A DNA stretch of 63,795 nucleotides, the filler included, from Choristocarpus tenellus KU-1152 (lineage: Eukaryota; Protista; Phaeophyceae): assembly GCA_964200185.2 (NCBI GenBank). It is 4 parts of 4 records of this genome, joined end to end, with 100 filler letters (N's around TTAATTAATTAA, not from the genome) between each part and the next. Parts side by side here need not be neighbours in the genome. Positions count along the whole stretch, not along the records: positions 1 to 25,994 come from CAXNAD020000173.1; 3 more parts are not named here. The stretch is one strand, 5' to 3'. The notes below the pieces were generated by a model that searched no databases, was not told where the DNA came from, and was given only the letters and a program-made list of their open reading frames with translations. Below are positions 12,901 to 24,900 of this stretch, in pieces. Each line of letters starts with the position of its first letter. Positions within the stretch are counted from its first letter, which is position 1. The translations under genes and the position numbers were made by a program.

Positions 12901-15900
12901 GACGAGCTAACTAATGTAGCTTTCTCCGTGGCGAATGGTTTTACCACTGTCAGTTGGGTACGGCCACTGCTGGCAACAGAGGTCCACGACAACGCTGTTG
13001 AGACATCTGGCACTACAGACGTGAGCTAGAGAGCAGAACACCACAAGCAAGATTACTCCACGTGCTTCCCATTCTGGAGTCTCATCAAACACACTCCCTT
13101 GATATTAGGATATACAGGGGACGGCATTGTTTCTGTTCCTACTCTAGCAATTCTATATATATGTCTCGTAGAATTTTATCCCCATGGTGCAGTGGCTGTT
13201 GTCAAAAACATGGTGACCTGGAGTCAATTTTTTTTATAGTCCACCTGCAACCTTGCGAACCTTAACTGTTGAATCTTCAGTGCAATGTTAGGGTGGTGGG
13301 GGTACCCAGGATGGCTTTGTCTCTGTGGGCAAGAAGTCACCAAGAAATTTATGACACTCACTATATCCTAAACCAAGCCGGAATAGCTTAACAGCTCCAA
13401 GGATGTGTACTGTTGAATCTCCAAATGATTGGCATCCTGAGCTCAAATTTATACCCCAAATCACTCAGACATCTCCTTCTCAACTACCCTCTCATCCCTT
13501 GCGTAATACCTGTGTTGCAGGTGGTCGTGGCATACAATCCCCACAGTGTTTCTTTTCATGGCATGAATCGCATTGGTAGGGCAAAAATTGATTTTTCCAC
13601 AGGGGTATCTACTACGAACTCCTTGGACTCCGACTCCTCCTTCTTCGCCTTCCATGGTGCAGGTCTGGTACTCCAACCTCTTCCCCTTCTCCCTTGCCTG
13701 TCTTGACAGGAAAAATACCTGTTTCCGTCTTTTCTAACGCAAGGGCCATATACCTGCTGTAAAATATTTTTAATTCTGGAAGGCACTACTAATCACCATG
13801 GGCTCAGATTATTGTTGTTGCTGCACTTTGAGAATCCAAGATAGGGAAACATTTAGGATGTTACAGTTTATAGCTAAATCTGATTTTTCCCGCCTTTCAA
13901 GTTTGTTAGGAGATTGAACCAGCATTAGTCTGTCGAGGTTGTCCATGGACACCCAGTGAATCCCATCGTGGCAACCAAATCTTCAAAACGTGAATAGGGC
14001 GTGTGTCGAAGTGCAAATGTATATGCAAAGCCTACGCATGTGACTGAGCGATTCCAAGCATGCTGCCTGGATATTGGATCCACTGTTGGGGGTTTCCCAA
14101 AATTGTATTGAAATATAGTGAACTGATACATTTTGTAGGAGAATAACGAAAGTTCCAACTAACCAACTCACCCTTTCTTCATCCACCACATCTTCGACAC
14201 AGTGATGCTTCTAGCATGGTGTGTGATTGGGCCAATTGGTATTTTCGCAGCACGTTACATGAAGGTCTTGTCACTGTGGCTGGAGGTTCATCACGGCAGG
14301 TATGCAATGTGATCTCTGTTGGCAGGGTGATCACTGGGCTGGTAATAGAGACCTGTGCTTCTATATCTCATTGGTCCAATGTTGGACAATAAAGTGAAAG
14401 ACGCCAGGCAATGCAAGACAACACAGCTGTCAATTTCTTCCCTGCTGAATAAACCCACTCTTTTGACTGAGACTGTAAGTTTGAAACCCAGTCAGTGAGA
14501 GCAAAGATAATCATGCTAAATCAAGTAGTTGAAGTTGCCCCATCCACTGCATCTGGTTTGTGCTCCATGTGATCGTCTAGACCTAAGAAAGCAGCCTGGA
14601 ACCATATTTATTATTTGACATGCCAGTTTTTTTGTTGAGTTGGCAATAGTGTGAATCTTGGTGGAGGGCACTACTCTACAGTATTAGCCATGTAATGGTT
14701 AGGTGCACTATGAAATTCTGGAGCATGCAGCTACTCATTTTTTGTTTGACTACTGTGCATATCTTAACGCGGAAAACCCACAAATGTTTACTACTAACCC
14801 AACACTACTTGTTCCCATCTATCCATCTACTGTTGAAAGCATGGCGTTTGTTGCTGAAACGGTGATTCCTCTTGCAGCATCTGCCCTGGCAACCACTAAG
14901 GTCGGAGATGGAAGTGAGGGAATTAGAGGGTATAGGGGGATTGCTGACTTTTTCAATTCGCACCCTAAGAGTTTGTGTGTATCGATGAGAAAGTTAACAG
15001 AGAAATATTTAGTAACAGATACTATGGCTGGTACCCTCTCTTCCACAGCAATGAACAAAACTATTGTCATATTTTGATGATGATGCCGATGATGCTCTGA
15101 GGAGTGCCTTGTGAACAACGTTTTGCGAGGGGACTTGTGTGATGCTCGTCACGTAATAAAAACCTTGTCACCATATTTTGATGACAATAGTGACGACACT
15201 ATGAGAAGAGCCTTGGTCACCGAGTAAGAATGTATGAATGGTGCTTTGAGAAAAGCCTTGTTCCTCGAGAAGGGGTAATGAGTTACGCTCTGGGGAGAGC
15301 CTTGTTCTTTATCCGAGAACAAATTATATTGCGAGAAGCTTTCTACGTCCTTGAGAAGGACCTAGTATGATACGGTGAATGCGATTCGTTAAAAAATACG
15401 TGAGAACATATAAGGGTGACTGAAGATGAACTGAGGGAGCAACTTGCGTGTCTCAAAAACACCAGGGAAAACGAGGTTGACACAAGAGGAACAAAGAGGA
15501 CAGAGTCGGGCTTTGTTGAAACCAAGTCTGCGTTTTGTCCAATCATACCTCACTATCTGCCTGACGTATTGTGCTGGTCAGTGGGTTGAAATTGTTGGAC
15601 AGTTGTTTGTTATGTTCTATAGACTACCATACAGTGGGATGGCCTTTGTTTCAACGTTCTTTTGCTGAGCATGTTTGTCCCTTCTCTTTCTCCCGTTAAT
15701 ATATCACATTGCAACTACAACTTGACAGGAGTTCTCGCCACTGAAATACATGATAACAACCACCTGAACCTCGCAGCCAAACTCATGATTCGCTCCCACC
15801 CCCACTCAGGGACAATTTCATTCATCCCATTCCATCATGGGTACCCTCGTTATGGTCCTTGTTGCCTTTCAAGTGGCCTCAGGCTTCAAGCGCATCAGTT

Positions 15901-18900
15901 CACTTAAGAGCAGTCAATATGATATAAAAGTCAAGGTTTGTGCAGGTGTTGGTATGGCCGAGGGAACTCATGAACACTGCTTGCTTTTAGGGGTGAATAG
16001 GATTACTCCTGCTTCTACGTACATTATTGCGCCCTAGTGTTCTGAGACAAGATGCATACTGAGGATTTTCATTTTCAAGAACTATGGCTTAATGGGCTAG
16101 GTATCCCTGGGCATGTTATGTCGAGTGTATGTGAACAAAAAAGAGATATGTTGACTCTTCTTTGCACGACACATTTTTTTTGTATGGCTTCCACATAATG
16201 ATTCCTTCTGCTTTTTCCTACGCTATTTTCTTCTTTTACTTCAGATGATGGCAGTAGTGCACATGTGGGGAGGGCGCGCCCTAGCTGTGTTGGCCATTTT
16301 CACTTGCTACCATGGTTTGTGTCTCATTGCTCCAGATACTACACTTACGATTGCATCTGAGGGTGTCACAGGCGACGATGCTTTTGGACTCGAGATCAGG
16401 GGCTTTGGATCAATGCTGAAGTAGGTATCCAGAGTTGGAACATACTTGACATTCGTCTGGAAATAGTATTTAGATTGTTCAGGCTGTCTACTTGTGTTGT
16501 CGTAGAGGTGTCTGAGCAGTCTGTTCTTTGAGGGTGTGAGCTTGTAGAATCAAGAGCTTTAAGTCATGATAGACATGCCCTGTAGTCAAGTTAGTGTTTG
16601 TGTGCATATGCCATGTTTAGGTCTGCTGACGCTCTTCCCTCTCCTCATCTTGTAAAGGTACTACTGGACATATATCGGTTTCCTGGGAGTGGTATTTGCC
16701 ATTGGTGAGGTGCGACTACGATTTCAGAACAGATATGATCAGATGGACTTCGTGAAGTGCTTGGATTTACCCATCTTAGACTTGAAGGTGATTATAATAT
16801 TTCTGGCAATGGTGCTTTGTTGCCCTCTACTGCAGAACAATGGTAAATAAAAATATCTACAAGCGTTGGATGAACATCCCCTACCCTTGCTCCATCCATT
16901 TAACATGCTTCTGTGGAGTTTGTAGTATCTAACTTAATGGCAGAATTCTATACCAGAATAGAATGTGATATTCAAGAGCATTTTCTATAGTGCTTTGTTC
17001 ATCCAGCAGAAGACTGATCTCGTCTGTCATCCCAAGTACTGCATAGCCTGTATTATTCTCGCAAAGGAAGCTAGCCCTAAAAAACATTTCCACACATGTC
17101 GAGGTAAATGTGCTGCGATCTGATGCGTAGCTGTGCTTTTATTTTTGGAGCCCTTTCAAAACATACTAAGTAACTACTAGTGTGTCAGAAAACTCGTTGT
17201 GCTCACATCACTCGCTTCAAACAGGAGTTTCGTGCACATGTGGACAATGGCTCCAAGTGGGTACTGGTAGATGACGCAATTGTGGATCTAGACATCAACA
17301 ACTTGCGTGAGTACAATTCGCGTGAAATGGTGGGAATTTGTTGATCACAAGAGACCTTGGAGAGTCGTCTAGAAGCTGAGCTTTGACCTTTCATCATGGC
17401 TGTTCGGGAATAGTTGCAAGACAGTTTTTCGTTCAAGCTCAAAATGGTTATCAAACCTGTTTCTAAAGTTGAGTTAGTCAAATAGTTTATGTGAAGAAGA
17501 TATCAACATTGTTGTCCTTCTGGTGCCGCCTTAGTTGAGAATCATCCTGGAGGAGCCCGAGTCCTGCGAGGGTCAATTGGGACAGATATCAAGAAAGAGT
17601 TGGCTGGGGACGAGGCTGCTGACACTGGCCATTCCCATCGCCACTCAGCACAGGTGAATATCTATGTTTGAAAACTCGCGGAGCTTCAGGTGGACGTCAT
17701 TGCATGTGGTATTAGAGTAGAGATAAATTGTAGTGCGGGTGTGTCCTCATGCCCTGAATTTGGGAGGAAGAGGTATTGACTTGAGGTTCTTACACAGTTG
17801 TGATTGATTACAGAGTTCTGAGTGAAGTATCTTAGAGGGTATGAGTTTTTCCCTGTTTGTCCATTTGGTGCTTGGCTTCCCACGTTTTTTTAAATGGCAT
17901 TTTACCTACTCTGAAATGTTTTGGAGTAGGTAAAACGTGTACGTTATGAAAAGGTGTGTCTGCAACAAGGATCTTGGCACTTCCTAACAAACACGATAGC
18001 CAAAATCACATCCAAATCGCGATATTGAGTCTTGGTTCCCAAACGGACACAGCTCTATCCTCTAAGATACTTTCACTCTTCTGTGAAATTGCTTTCCCTT
18101 ACTATCTCTTGATACCTGACCCTGCTGCGTAGGCAATGAGTGCTGTGGCCAAGATGGTTGTGGGCTACATAGGTGGTTCACGTAACAGATCAGGGTTAAG
18201 TAAGAGGGCTGGTGATGCAGGAGAAAAAACACCTGTTGCCTACCAGAAGTACACCCTTAGCTCTGCTACCCAGGTAAGTCATCTATTCTATTCTCCCTTG
18301 GACCTCAACTAGCAAGTGTTGATGCTCCTTGAAAATGAAAGTAATGGTTTTTGAGCTTGGAGTATGCATATTGAAGTTGAACGGCTGACTATTGTGTGGG
18401 GAATTGTCCAGTTGATCGTGAGGAGTGTTATGATTTCATACCTATACATGACGCATATGCTCTCGCTGTGTTGTTTTTTCATTTTTCTGTGCCTATTAGA
18501 GTTTGGGTTGGGAGACATTGATGTATACTGCACTTGCTATACTCGTCACCTCAGGTGTGTAAAGGTGATGACCGACCTGTTTTTCTGTACACATTCATGG
18601 CATACAAAGATGAGAAACAGCAGCCAAGGGAAATCAAGGCAGGTGAATACATGCGATTCCAAGCCTCTCTTCCTGATGGAACGGTTGTGCAACGGTAAGC
18701 CAGAGTCTGCACCAGATTTTGATTGACTTGCAACTGCAGAAGCCAAGAGGGGTGGGGTGGGTGGATCATTAGTGAGGGGGATCATTGTATGTTCCCAATG
18801 TGGAGTTTCCCCCGAAAACACTAGAAGCCTAAATATTATCTCTGATGTAGACACCTGACTTTAATTATATAGACTTGTTCTTCCTGTCCTTGGCAGAAGA

Positions 18901-21900
18901 TCTTGAATCTCTTCGAAGCACACACTTATCTTCTACCTTTTCCATTTCTTACGCAGATCTTATCACATGGTTGAAATGATTCAATATGGAGAGAGGAGGG
19001 GCTACCGCTTTGTCATCCGTCTCTATCCGTTCGGTCTCATGTCTGGTGTCCTCAGGGACCTCAAACATGGGTCGAAGATGCGAATGATTGTGGGTATAGT
19101 TAGTGATTGCATATATCTGTGCCTCATTTCAGCCCATGGATGTTTTTCACCAGTTTTGGAGATGTGAACCTTGTATTGCAATGTATGAGCTTCTACCTAA
19201 GTACTAGAATGAGGTTCTATAGTTTGTGCCACCGCTCTATTTTATGTTGTGGTTTCGCTTGGCTGGTGGAAGTCCCTAGCCGACCAAGCTTCTGCTTTTG
19301 GCACCTCATTTGACCAATAAATATTGCCGGTAAATTATTGAAATATCTGCAGGGGCCCTTCAACTTGGCACAGGTACGACTCCCTCCTTTTGATGACTAC
19401 GTTTACATGTTTGCTGGAGGCACTGGGGTATCTCCAATGCTGCAGATAATATACCAATACCTGGGAAGTCCGAGGAAAGGGACAGATTTGCAGCCCCTAC
19501 CACGTAGTGAACACGGGGAAGGAATGCAACCCGCTCCTGTGAAGGCTGCTAGGCAATCAGCTGGCGATCATGATCTTACGGACAAGGAAATACCTCTGGT
19601 GCCACATTACTACAGAGATGAACCTTCCTCATGGCCCCCCAACGGAACAGGGAATGGAAAGCTGTGAGTTGAATTAGATGAGCTATGTTGTATTTTGTGC
19701 TGGTTTGTCGCACTGGATCGATGACACGCTGCTTAATCAGCTACAATACTTGGTAATAGCATCAAGGAATGGATTCTTTGCCTACAGAAGCACATCCAGC
19801 CACTACTTCCTTGTGGTAAGTGCATGGCATACAATGACCTATGAAGCTAATTCTAAGGTGATGACTGTCACTTCCCCTGCATTACTGTATCAGGCTCCTG
19901 GTATGGCAGGCGAAATCTGAGTCAGAGCTCTACCTCAGGGACTGGTTAGAAAGCTGGCGGGATCACAGTGGTGGTCGGTTTTCATTTATCTGTATTGTAC
20001 AGGTTTGATACGATTTTTTCCAGTTATGCCTTTTTGCAGACTGGGAAATATATAATTCTTATGATGGTGTAGGTGGGCATTAGACATCAATGGGTCCTGA
20101 ATGTGGGGGGATGAAATATTATCATGTAGGAACTGCTGTCATGGCAACTCTTGCAACATTGACTTCAATGTTGCGTTCTTTGAAGGTTATGTTCCAGTAA
20201 TACCGTTTTGCACGACAATGTCAACACCAGCAAGCAGCACGCAGATTTGTTTCTCAAACCTGTGCACGTCCCTTCCTGAGCCCTAGTGTTGAATCTAGGT
20301 GCTGCTACCTACTGTGGCTCTGTAATAAAGCTTTCAAAATCTACCTAGAAAACAGTTGGAAGTTTTAGTCCTAAACCCCACTAGGCTGCGCACACTTAGT
20401 AGTGTTTTTATATCATGTCCTCCAGTAATATGGGGTCATGGAATTTGAGCGATGGTTACTTCTCATACATTTGCATTTTTAGCGTTGTAAATGTAGAGCT
20501 TCTATTAATAGCGATTGAAGTTAAATTGATCTCGTAGAGATATATATCCTTCGTAGCATTATGCAATAGAGATGTCATATTTTGCTTTTTGTAGCAAGCA
20601 GGTAAAAATATGTAGTAAATTATGGCAATTGTAGAGCTATGATGGTTGAAGTTGTTTTGATCATCTGGAAGTACCATTTGTCGCAATCGCCAAATTGAGA
20701 TCCATTTTCACATTCTGACGTTTCCCCCTTTTTTCACTTTAACCTATTTTTTAATATTTTGCAATTCGTTTATATTTCTATGGATGAAATAGCAAGTTTG
20801 AAAAAAGCTTTGGAAATTTCTTACACACACATTGTACATAACCCGAATGTTTACACATACTTGTCATCCTTAAAATGCCACTCTGGGTACCTCTCGTTTA
20901 CTTTGGTTCTAACCAGATGGCAGCGTACTGTCCTGGGTGAGGAGACTGAAAAAACTGTAGTTCATTCCATGTTGTACAGCAGGGTCGCAATGGAGCTACT
21001 CAGTTTCAACCCTCTAACCCTATTCTGATCTTTCAAATACATTGCACGCTCATCCTCATTGATTCTGCAGCAATCGAAGAAAGAGGATAACTTCCGTGGA
21101 CGGCGTTCAATTCCTCGTTCGAGTGGGTTACCTCGTGGTAGTTCTCGTTCGCTCCCAATAGGTCCTTTACGCCAATCGAAAAAGTGGAGGAAAGTTACAC
21201 GCCCAGAGGACCAGGCGATGCAAAGTGCTGTTGGTGATGTACCACTTGTCGACAATCAGGTAAATAGAAGCAAGAGTTTATCACAAGCGATTTGGCTGCG
21301 TGTGTTGTAGGTCCCTAGAACCTCTTTTCAATAGCTGACCGTATCATAAGTGGCTTGCTGTCTGCCAATTTTCCCTCCTGAAATGCACCTTAGCTTTAGA
21401 CCAACTACTAGAGAGGGGTGATGACATCATTATTGGTACCAGGTTACTTTCTCGTTTTACTGCTTGTCACAGTCGCTAAGCAAACCCTAGGCACGTTTCC
21501 GACCTAATTTTTTCTTGATCACATTTTTGTAACTATTTGCCCTGAATTGGTTTTCCTCGCAAGTTAGAGGACCTCCTGCGGGCAACCTATTATTGTATCT
21601 CTCAGTATTATCTGGAAGACTAGGGCTAACCTGTTTGTGTGCTTTTGTATACTTAATTTTGTGTTCTGTCCGGAACCGCTTTCTAAATTTGTTCGGAAGA
21701 ACAAGAGTCCCCTCAAAATGCTGTAGGTCCGGATGGGTATTGATCTATTGCGCAAATTTTTCAGTATGGAAAGGAAGTAAGCCAGGTGTAGGTTTGACTT
21801 CAAAACATCATATCGGTAACAATCAGTGGCCAACAAACCTGCCCAAGCATAATATACCCAATACTTGTTTTATCTTTGTGCTGTTAAGAGTAATATGTAG

Positions 21901-24900
21901 TATACATTTTTTTGCTATTTGTCAAAACGAGTGCTTGGCCGAACACAGATGGGTGCCTAACTGTGCTTGATTGACCCGTCTGTTTCGAGTGGTATTGCTC
22001 AGTTCAACTCCGCCATCAAGTCAAATATTTGGCTGGGACGAGCAAAACATACACTACCAAGCAAGATTTTTCTGGGTTGTCAATACAATCAAGGAAAATC
22101 CTAGTTTCTGTTGCTGCAACATAAGTAATTGAACAATAACCCAACATCAAGAAGGAAGGGATACCAATTTTTACCCTATTTTGATCCCTCTTTTGATGTT
22201 TCCATGATAACTATTGAAATAATAGTAATTATTGTCAATATTCACACGAGTCTACAGGGTCATTGACCTGTGGTTGAAAGAAGGGCTTTCACCAGACAGG
22301 GTAAATTTGACAGGATCGGACCGAGGGTCGTTCTGGGTGAAACATGTTTTAATCGACTTGGTCGAGGGCTATCAGAGAGTACAACCAGACCACACTGCGT
22401 AATGAACTGTGTGCAATATTTCTTAACGAGGTCGGATTAGTGCCATAAGACTTTAAACTGGACCAGGCCATGGGTCAGCCTTGGCGATACATGTCTTAAC
22501 TGGGTTGGGATGTGGATCTGGTAAGGCCTATTGGTCTGGTGCAAAGCCTTCCCTATAGCAAGGGACTTCAGCGGTTCTCACTAGATATGAATGTTCATCA
22601 GAAAACCTGCCATTCAAAGTATAATTCGTTGCTCTTCAACTGCACTCTACCTTCTATTTAGGATGATAATGAAGAGAATCCAAGTGTATTGGACTAACAC
22701 CCAGATACTTAGTGTATTATTGACACGTTGCCAGGTCGTATGGGAAAGAAGGGGATAACGGAATTAAGAGGCGAATGAGTCGATGTAACCTGAACCTGAC
22801 TTATCACATGTTATGCAAGGGGAAAGGAAAGAGTAGAGGGATGTAACAATAATCAACCCAAAAAGAGAACGACAATGAGAAAGCAGGTTCAGTAGACATT
22901 GGGGAGTGTGCATGTGCTCTCATCTGCTTGGGTTGCCATAGTTGCTGCATTGGCATAACGTACATCAGTTCATGAAACTTGCTGTGCCATCAATTACACT
23001 ATCTTGTCATCTGTATTTGATTGGTTGCTCTTGTGCTCAATTCCTCCACACTGATCCCAAAGTTGTCAAGGACGTCTTTCAGGCACATCCACCGGTTCTT
23101 CTTCTGTGTCCAACTTGTTTACGTTTTCATCTGCAAGCTTCCCAAATATTAACGGCTTGTGGAGTTGCTCATCCCCCATACATGCAAATCACCTGCAGAT
23201 AGGAGTCTCCATCTTCACACAGTCAGCTCGATACTCTACACCCAGTCTTTGTAGGACAAGGCGTGATTGGTGGATTTCCGTTGTATATAGAATGCAGCAT
23301 GGACGAATTTGTCGCAATGAGACCGAAGCTTGACATAGTTGACCGGTGGAGCGTCCATGTTACACAATGATATATTACAACCACAAGTGCTTCAGCTTTC
23401 GAGCACTTGGATCTTAAGCTCACCTAATACGCTTGTTGTCCTGTTATGAAACACTTAACTGTACTTTCAGAAACAACCCTGGGCGTTTTGAACCTCCTTA
23501 CAAAGATCTCAGTGCTGATCTCTCATCTTCATCACTGCTGGTGCCTCAACGGTAGACAATCTTGTCAGTCTTCTTGTACCTCTGATCCAATGGACAGATG
23601 TTGATATCTGCAGCCTTATTTTGAGGTTCAAGGCACACGGTCACTGTCTTCCACTCCGACACTGTCAGCCCAAATGACCTGGCATCCTTCACAATCACTG
23701 CCATCTTGGCCAAACTTCCTTGGATCTCTGACACAATGCTCACATTGTCAGCATGAAGCATACTCCACAATACTCATGTCAAATTACTTGCTGTTGTATG
23801 TATTTTGGGAGGTAGAATGTGCGATTTTTACGGTATGAAGATTGTGTAGCTTCTTTGATGTAGGTTCATCTGTCAAGTACTCCTTACCATATGTGACAGA
23901 TGATGTCAAAGATATCAGGGAAGATAAAATGGAGGATGAAAATGAGCACAAAAAATCAGGGTTAAGTTCACGAACCATCAAAGGATAGAATGTTGTGGCA
24001 CGCCAGAAGAGAGAGACTGGAGAGGTTCACCATAACCTCCCTTCAAATATGCACGTGTAGTTCAGCTACTGGTGGTGGGGTGGTAATGTCTGGGAGATAG
24101 CCAAGGATGGCAAAAGAGTGACTACCTCAAAGATTTCTGGCTCAATTCCCTCTTGACAACTGACGCTGTTGTTAGTAGTACATTATACAATCACCCTGCC
24201 CATCAAGACCGTCATGTTATAAATATCGTATTTGTGAGAAAGGTGGTCAAAGCCTTCGAGTATGAAGCATCAGTAATTGTTGATGCCTCTTTTCCAAAGA
24301 GATCAGCATGTATTTATCTGGCATCTCACATTACATTCCCCCATTTAAGATCAAATGTTAATCTGTCATTTAAAACCTTGAACCTAACATGTTTGCTCAT
24401 CTTTGAGTCGGCATTCCATACTTCTGCATTAGGGTTTTGAAGAAGCCCGACAGTATTGCGTTCCAGTACCAATTATTCCGGAGTAGTTGATATGAAGTAT
24501 CTAGGTAGTGCTTGTTTTTATGGTACACATTCCTACGCTGACAGCACAATTTGTCGGATATATTTAATTTTAAGTGAAAATGTTGGATGAACCCCACTCT
24601 CATATTGACCGTGTTGCATCTGTCCGTGTCAATCCCCTGGCAGGATGTGACAATGAAGGTGACAGAACATGTTTCAACGGCACATGCAGCCTTGATACCT
24701 TGGGGAGGAGATGTTGAAGTTGCAGAACCTACTGGGGATGTACAGGTGAGCTACTAGGAGGCATCACACAGCAGTCTTTTCGATATTGCAGATCGCACAC
24801 ATAGTTCGGTGATATATTTGGGTGCATACCATCCAAGATGTCCAGAGGAGGAGGACTAAAAGGGTCTTGAGTTTTTGGTGCCGTGGTTGTCATTATACTG

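Noticed and set aside
17225-19460. Nitrate reductase or stand-alone cytochrome b5 reductase
   Set aside because: No molybdopterin domain upstream. The b5-reductase exons splice in frame to the b561 exons, with no independent start evident.
19678-20936. Candidate small exons (19741-19815, 20917-20936) of the reductase domain
   Set aside because: Splice signals are plausible, but I could not find a phase-consistent path, so they were left out of the model.
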